From a virus (Duplodnaviria > Caudoviricetes): a stretch of DNA of 64,000 bases. Both the position numbers and the translations under genes were made by a program. The first letter of the stretch is position 1; the number at the start of each line of letters is the position of its first letter. Positions 57,992 through 64,000 of this stretch are shown here, one piece after another. Below the pieces are notes generated by a model. It was not told the origin of the DNA, did not search any database, and saw nothing but the letters and a program-made list of their open reading frames with translations. The DNA lies in IMG/VR virus record IMGVR_UViG_3300020079_000007, positions 64,001-128,000 of that record. One strand, given 5' to 3'.

Positions 57992-59682
57992 TTTGGGTAC
58001 TTTTTCCAGAATGAAGCAGGTGTATTTGCTGCCCAAGCAAACTTTTTCTGCTGTGCTGCATTGTAAATTATTCCGATGTCAACTCCCAAGTCTTTACAGA
58101 AGCTGTAAGCAACTTTTGGGCTTGAGTAATTCAACTTTGCAGTACCAAGAGCAATGTTCTTTGTTGCCTTTTTAAGGTCCTTGTTTGCTTCAAGCTTCTG
58201 AACTCTCAAATCAGCTTTTTCAACCTGTGCTTTGATTTTGTTTTCTCTTTCAGCAATTACATCCAAGAGACCCTTAAGTTCATCACCTGAGAACTTCTTT
58301 TTGCAAGCTGCCTTCTGCTTCCTGAGTTTAGCAAGTTGAACTTTTGCTTTTGCAGCGCGGGCTTTTTCTGCTTCTTTTGCCTTCTTAATTGTTTCGTCAG
58401 TCTTATCCATCTGAGTTGCGAAGTTTTTTGCAACATTTTTCTGATGGTTAAGTTTTGTTGATACAACCAAGCAAGCATTGTCGTAAATTGAACGGATTTT
58501 CCATTCAGGCATTCCCTTTTTGACATCTGCTTTCTGAAGTTCCTCAGCAAGAAGCTTTGTTCCGTAAGTTGTTCGGAAAAGCTTTCCTGTTACATAAGGC
58601 AGGCAATCTGAAAGGAACTTGTTTACTGTTCCTGCAGAAGCTTTATCGAAAACTCTGTCAGAAGGTTTCTTATTTGCAATAAAAGTCTTCAGAGCTTTTT
58701 CAACATTTGCTGGGATTTCAACTGTGTTGTGGTATCTTACAGTATCTTTTCCGAGGAAGTCAAGTTCCAAAGTACCGTTTCCAACCTTGATATTCTTTAC
58801 AAGAAGCTGGGAAGCACCAACTGTTCCATTTTCAAACTTATCAAGCTTTTCAGTTCCGATACGAATACTTGTGCGGAGAATAAGCCAAGAAACTACTGCT
58901 TCCTGCTTGTTTGCGTTTACTCCGTCTTCGATATACTTTTCCATTATTGGCCAATCTTTTGCAAGCTGCTGTGCTTTTTCGTACTTGTGTTTGTCAGCGT
59001 CCTGTTTTACAGTTGATGTTGCGCCAAAACCATACTTCTTTTTGAGAGTTGCATAACCTTCACCGATGTGAACATCAAAATAAGTTGCAACATAAGCTTC
59101 GCGATTTTCAACAACTGCCTTCCACTTATGTCCTGCAGGAGGCTGTGGGATTTTTGATTTATCACCGATGTAATTGATTGTAACATCTTCAGGCTGAATT
59201 GCCCACTTCCACATTCCGTTCATTGGGCATTTGCCGCGGCCGACATACACTCCTTCAGGTTCGAGAACATATCCACCGATCTGCTGCTCAACTCCGTCAA
59301 GGAAGATTACGCCGTATTCTTTTTTGATTTTTTCGTTTTCAAGTTTCTTTGCTTCACGGGCTTCTTTTGTGTTTGCAAGCTTCTTTGCTTCTTTAATCAA
59401 TTCATTTTCTGCCCGCATTGCTTCGATTGTTTTTTCGTATCCTTCTGGGAAAGTTTGAGGCATTCCTACAGGAACATTTTTAAGGAATGTTTTTGCAAAG
59501 TTTTTCTGAAAGTCGGTACGATTTCGATAGTCATCGCCAAGAACTGCCCAGTGCCAAAGCATATCCTCAGAAAGATAATCAAGCTTTATTCCATTGACAA
59601 AAAACTTGCCTTTATATTCATAAGGTTTTGGGAAAAGTGGTCCCTTGTGTTCGATTGTCTTAAATTTTGCTTTTTTAGCCAT
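57988..59682 (-). CDS. DNA topoisomerase IB, long eukaryote/thaumarchaeal-like form
   Basis: EHKGPLFPKPYE, GRGKCPMNG, PPAGHKWK, IRIG, FLGKD, KLFRT, LNHQK, coiled-coil linker, IALGTAKLNY. Confidence 0.92.
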   Translation of the reverse strand: MAKKAKFKTIEHKGPLFPKPYEYKGKFFVNGIKLDYLSEDMLWHWAVLGDDYRNRTDFQKNFAKTFLKNVPVGMPQTFPEGYEKTIEAMRAENELIKEAKKLANTKEAREAKKLENEKIKKEYGVIFLDGVEQQIGGYVLEPEGVYVGRGKCPMNGMWKWAIQPEDVTINYIGDKSKIPQPPAGHKWKAVVENREAYVATYFDVHIGEGYATLKKKYGFGATSTVKQDADKHKYEKAQQLAKDWPIMEKYIEDGVNANKQEAVVSWLILRTSIRIGTEKLDKFENGTVGASQLLVKNIKVGNGTLELDFLGKDTVRYHNTVEIPANVEKALKTFIANKKPSDRVFDKASAGTVNKFLSDCLPYVTGKLFRTTYGTKLLAEELQKADVKKGMPEWKIRSIYDNACLVVSTKLNHQKNVAKNFATQMDKTDETIKKAKEAEKARAAKAKVQLAKLRKQKAACKKKFSGDELKGLLDVIAERENKIKAQVEKADLRVQKLEANKDLKKATKNIALGTAKLNYSSPKVAYSFCKDLGVDIGIIYNAAQQKKFAWAANTPASFWKKYPN

Positions 59683-59915
59683 ATTTTCGACTCCTTACAA
59701 TAATAATATAAAGAATTATTGGTAAAAGTTTAAAATAAATTAACTAAAATTTACTTTGACAGAATGACAAAAAATGTCAAAATAAAATTTGAACTATAAT
59801 GGAGGGATAGAATATTAAGAATTGAAGGTAAATTTATTATAAAGTTAATATATCTTTGTAAAACTAATTATTTTGAAATACACTTAAACGGTAAATTTAC
59901 CTGTGGAGAAAAATA

Positions 59916-61685
59916 ATGAAATCAAAAAAGAAAACATTCCCATTTAAGATTAAATGGAATACACGCAAAGATGAAAGTTCGTTTGAACGCCCAACAATAA
60001 AAACAACTGAAGTTCTTATTAGTGGAAAGATTTTATGTTGTATCGTACTTTCAATAATCTCAGCATTTATTGATATTGTATTCTTCAGCGGATTGTCAAA
60101 GTCGGGCTACCCATTTTTTGGTGTTTATGTCCCTGCTGCAATAATTCTTTCTATTATGTCAATCGGTTTCTCAGGAAGTAAGTTCTTTGTTGCAATGCAA
60201 CTTGCTGCAATAAAAGAAATCGGCGGTCGTTTGAAAGATATGCTTGGTGAAGCATATAATCATCGTCTTATATGGTTAAAATTAAAATGGAATCTTATTC
60301 ATAAGTTTTTGATAACTATTTCAATCATAACTTCTATTTCATTGTCAGTTATTACAATCGGAAACGGTGTTCGTCAGATGGAGCAGAACATCAAAAATCA
60401 AACAATCGATGCACAGTATTTGATTGACTTGAAAACATCAATGAGAACAAATACAACTGACAAACGAGAAGCTGCTAAAGCAAACATTGAAGGCGCAAAG
60501 TCAGCACAATCTTCAGCGAAAGAAGCAGTAGATAAGTATTGGACTTTGCTTGATGATTACCAAACTAAAATAAGAGCAGTTAGAATAAATGACTCATTGA
60601 CAGACGAAGAGAAAGATGTTCAAATTGTAAAGATTAAAAAAGAAGCAGTAAACTCTTTACCTGTAGTTACAAGCAAGAATGTTGAGTATATTTCAAAGCC
60701 TGAATTTGAAAGAGAGTTTGCAAAAATTACAAAAGCAAATGAAACGATAGACACATCTTCTTTATATGAAGAAGCAATTGCATACGATGAAGCTGAACTT
60801 AATTCTTATATCATAGCTTTACAGGATAAAGAGTATCGTACTCCTGATGGACAACTTATTCAGTTTATCAATGAAGACGGTACGCCTGTAAACAGAGAAC
60901 TTGCCATTGCTCGTTTGCAAAACTCAATTATGGCTTGGCAGTCAGATACAGGAGATGCAGGTCCTTCTTCAAAAGTATTTACTTTAGTTGCAACATATCT
61001 TAAGACTGATGAAAAAGCAGGCGGTATGGGAACATCAGAAGTTATTATGATGGTTCTTATTATGGTCTTCGGTATTGTTCAAGAATTTATTATTGCAGCA
61101 TTTACTCCAAGAGCAACAATAAGTCGTAAGATGCTTTCTCAGTTTAGCGAATACCTTTACGGTGTTGACATCAACAGATTTATGCTTAAGACTTATAAAG
61201 ATTATTATGATTTAGGCTTGTTAAAGTCTGATGAATATGAAAGAAAATGTAAGAAAGCAGTAGGACTTCTTGATAATAATGTTGATGCAATTATCGCAAA
61301 ATACAAAGGTGAAGACGTTGAGAATCCTGAAGTCGTAAGACTTGAAGCAGAAGTTGATAAATATAAGCAGCAAGCAGAAGGCTATTTGGCAACATCTGCT
61401 GATTTTCACGACAAGCTTATGAAAGAGACTGAGAAGAACGAACAGTTGACAAATGATATGTTAGCAAAAGATGATCTTGTTCAGGACTTGAAGTATAAGC
61501 TTGCTCAAAAAGAAAATGAAATTGCAAACCTTAAAGTTGTCGAAGCGCCTGCAGTTGTTGAGGCAAAGGTTGAGCCAGTAAAAGTTGAAAGAAAGATTGA
61601 AAGAAAAATTGTAAAAGAGCCAAAAGAACAGGAGTTCTCATCAGCAGTCGATGAGAAGGCAAAAGAAGTAGAGGCATTATTGTAA
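59916..61685 (+). CDS. Multi-pass membrane protein with coiled coils
   Basis: About four hydrophobic segments and long helical regions. Confidence 0.65.
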   Translation: MKSKKKTFPFKIKWNTRKDESSFERPTIKTTEVLISGKILCCIVLSIISAFIDIVFFSGLSKSGYPFFGVYVPAAIILSIMSIGFSGSKFFVAMQLAAIKEIGGRLKDMLGEAYNHRLIWLKLKWNLIHKFLITISIITSISLSVITIGNGVRQMEQNIKNQTIDAQYLIDLKTSMRTNTTDKREAAKANIEGAKSAQSSAKEAVDKYWTLLDDYQTKIRAVRINDSLTDEEKDVQIVKIKKEAVNSLPVVTSKNVEYISKPEFEREFAKITKANETIDTSSLYEEAIAYDEAELNSYIIALQDKEYRTPDGQLIQFINEDGTPVNRELAIARLQNSIMAWQSDTGDAGPSSKVFTLVATYLKTDEKAGGMGTSEVIMMVLIMVFGIVQEFIIAAFTPRATISRKMLSQFSEYLYGVDINRFMLKTYKDYYDLGLLKSDEYERKCKKAVGLLDNNVDAIIAKYKGEDVENPEVVRLEAEVDKYKQQAEGYLATSADFHDKLMKETEKNEQLTNDMLAKDDLVQDLKYKLAQKENEIANLKVVEAPAVVEAKVEPVKVERKIERKIVKEPKEQEFSSAVDEKAKEVEALL

Positions 61686-62464
61686 TGAAAGAAAGTGAAG
61701 TATTAGAAAAGTTTGAGCTCTTCAAGAATGGGCTTATCAAAAAGAATACAAGAATTGGAGAGCTTGAGCAAGAAGTAAGTAACTTAAAACAGGAATGCAG
61801 CGATAAGTCTTTATCAATCAATCAACTTGTTTTGCAAAATGAAGAAAAGGCGAACGCAATTGAGCAGTTGCGTTCAGATTATAATAACCGCGCCACTGAA
61901 CTTGAAAATAAGTATAACGACTTAAAAGAAAAGACTTATAAAACAATCAAGCATTTGGTTGAAGATGTTATTGAAGTTCAAGAGAAAAAGATTGCTGATC
62001 TTGAAGATGAAAAATTACAGAATGATATAACAATTGCAGGCTTACAAAAAGAAATTACGCAGCTTGAAAACAGAAAAGAAAAACACGACACAACTGAAGA
62101 TGTTGATGTTATGATGACAAAGATTCATACGACTGATGTTGATAAGTCGGCAGTTGATGAAACAATGGAATCTATAAAAAGAGGTGAAAAACTTTTCAAG
62201 CAGTATTCATTTGGAGTTGCAAACAAAGAGACTGTAACAATGTTTGAAACATTTATTCACAATATGTATGAACAAGCACCTTTAATCGGTAGATTTTATA
62301 TCCTTAATAACCCATTCAACTGTATGGGTGGACTTGACAAAGATGCTTGCGCCTCTTTACTTCAGCATTTAATTCAGGAAAGAATTGTTGAAACAAGAGG
62401 CGAAGAATACATAGCACAATATCTTGAAGAAGATGTTATCAAAGAAATCACAAAAGAGTGTTAA
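61685..62464 (+). CDS. Coiled-coil protein
   Basis: Heptad-rich, TAATG coupling. Confidence 0.6.
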   Translation: MKESEVLEKFELFKNGLIKKNTRIGELEQEVSNLKQECSDKSLSINQLVLQNEEKANAIEQLRSDYNNRATELENKYNDLKEKTYKTIKHLVEDVIEVQEKKIADLEDEKLQNDITIAGLQKEITQLENRKEKHDTTEDVDVMMTKIHTTDVDKSAVDETMESIKRGEKLFKQYSFGVANKETVTMFETFIHNMYEQAPLIGRFYILNNPFNCMGGLDKDACASLLQHLIQERIVETRGEEYIAQYLEEDVIKEITKEC

Positions 62465-62473
62465 TATCTTTAT

Positions 62474-62833
62474 ATGGAAAAATTAGCAATGGATAGAGAC
62501 ACAAAAGAACTCCTTGAAGACGTTTGTTCTTTGTTTGGTGTCAAAGCTGATATTATAAAAGACGTTTGGGAATACACAATGATTGTTTGGCTGTTAAAGC
62601 TTGCTGACTCAAACGCAAATTTGAAAAGAATAAAAATTCCTTATGTAGGCTCTGTTGGTCTTCGTTTCCTTGGAGAAAAGATGGGAGATGAAAAGATTGA
62701 TGCCGATTATGATGCATTTCTTGCATTAAATGAGAACTTTAAGGATGTTCTTAAAACAATCAAAAACAATGGTTCAGACGAGCTTACCGAACTTATTCAA
62801 CAAAAAATTAAAAAATTAGCCTCTCAAGTATAA
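62474..62833 (+). CDS. HU/IHF-like DNA-binding protein (weak)
   Basis: ELLEDVCSLFGV...RIKIPYVGSV pattern. Confidence 0.4.
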   Translation: MEKLAMDRDTKELLEDVCSLFGVKADIIKDVWEYTMIVWLLKLADSNANLKRIKIPYVGSVGLRFLGEKMGDEKIDADYDAFLALNENFKDVLKTIKNNGSDELTELIQQKIKKLASQV

Positions 62834-62872
62834 CGCATTGTCTTCCTTAACTAATTATTTAAGGAAGACACA

Positions 62873-64000
62873 ATGGCACAAGACAACGAAAGATACGAAA
62901 AGAAATATACATTCCAAAAGAAACCTTGGAAAGTTTGGATGTCATCTGCTCCAAACCCAACTGCTGTATTAGTATCAGCAAGACAACTTCTTGAAGGAAC
63001 TTCGCTCGGTCACAACATTCTTATTTACAACGGAAATCTCTATGCAAACGGCGTTTTCTCAGGAACGTCATTCCTTGATTTTTACAGATATTGTCTTGAT
63101 GTTGAGCCAGCACTTTTCGATAGAAGAAGTAAGTTTGGTACTTATGAATATGATTTAGGTTCAGGTCTTTATGATGTTCTTCATAGAGATAAGATTACAG
63201 TAAATTTACATAATAAAGACGCTGCATTATATCCTGAAGATATTAAAGCATTCTTCGGTGTAAACTCAATTTGGGCACCTTGGTTCCATAAGAACTCAAA
63301 TATGATACAGGACAACTTTGGTGTTTCATATAACGCCGGTGACTGTTTTACTGCTGAAGCAACAAATCAGGAAATATCTTATGCTAACCTTGAGTCAGAT
63401 ATTATCTGTTATCAGAAAGATGATATTTTCTCAAACACAATGGCGTTTGAAGATGGTAAAGTTGCTTACACAAAAATCCAACTTAATCAAAGAAAAACAA
63501 TGGTTATGAAGTTGATTGTAGGAGCAATCCTCTTCAACTCAAATGAGCCATCACTTATAACAGAAATCAATGACCAGAACGTAACTTCAGTTTTCACAAA
63601 GTTTTCAAATGATGATAAAACAAATCATTTGTTTGATTACATTTACTTCTGGGTTAAAGCTCCATTCTGTGCTGATTATATCGACCCTGATGATTTCAAT
63701 CAGAACTTAAATCAGGATGCTGATGTTGTTCACAGAAACTTATTGATTGCATCACAGTATGTTGATAAGATCAGAAACAACTTCAACCGCTTTAATGAAG
63801 CTTTTGATTATCAGAAAAGTGAAGATGAAGATACTTCTTCATTAACAGAATTCCTCGAACAGTTCTCTCGTCCATACGTCCCAACAAACTCACCTCTTAA
63901 AGACTTTGTTTCAAACAAGTTGTTAGGAGCTGAAGCAATTACTGATTATGATTATGATGAGCACTCTAATGTAGTATCAACTGCAGAAGAGTTGATAAAA
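62873..64000 (+). CDS. Large hypothetical (late) protein, truncated by the window end
   Basis: ACTAAT motif and AAGGA SD, MAQDNERYEKKY..., no stop seen to the window edge; not in the ORF track. Confidence 0.6.
   Translation, partial: MAQDNERYEKKYTFQKKPWKVWMSSAPNPTAVLVSARQLLEGTSLGHNILIYNGNLYANGVFSGTSFLDFYRYCLDVEPALFDRRSKFGTYEYDLGSGLYDVLHRDKITVNLHNKDAALYPEDIKAFFGVNSIWAPWFHKNSNMIQDNFGVSYNAGDCFTAEATNQEISYANLESDIICYQKDDIFSNTMAFEDGKVAYTKIQLNQRKTMVMKLIVGAILFNSNEPSLITEINDQNVTSVFTKFSNDDKTNHLFDYIYFWVKAPFCADYIDPDDFNQNLNQDADVVHRNLLIASQYVDKIRNNFNRFNEAFDYQKSEDEDTSSLTEFLEQFSRPYVPTNSPLKDFVSNKLLGAEAITDYDYDEHSNVVSTAEELIK

Noticed and set aside
1-64000. tRNA, rRNA or CRISPR arrays
   Set aside because: None recognised by eye; tRNAscan and CRISPR finders were not run

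Overview
This is a 64 kb AT-rich segment of a large T4-like myophage genome, probably a jumbo phage. The host is most likely a spirochete (Treponema-like), judged from FlaB/FlaA genes and a BspA/TpLRR-type tail protein. Structural genes: gp23-like major capsid protein, gp20-like portal, a family of tail-tube-like paralogues, a putative tape measure, baseplate genes and a putative lysis module. Replication and recombination genes: fragmented family A DNA polymerase, 5'-3' exonuclease, SbcD/gp47, RecA, SNF2 helicase, the C-terminal half of an NAD ligase, a eukaryote-type topoisomerase IB and dUTPase. Also present are an NDP-sugar/glycosyltransferase cluster and an intact IS605-type tnpA/tnpB element. 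The most unusual locus is 20.2-23.3 kb: a sigma28-like promoter, a CsrA-type hairpin and SD, a 302-bp ORF-less copy of the IS605 element that keeps its omega-RNA with compensatory changes, an HNH endonuclease, a spirochete flagellin (FlaB) and a flagellar sheath protein (FlaA). This looks like a phage-borne periplasmic flagellar filament module, possibly tied to RNA-guided targeting. Three recurrent promoter-like motif classes are visible. All calls come from motif recognition by eye; no searches were run.
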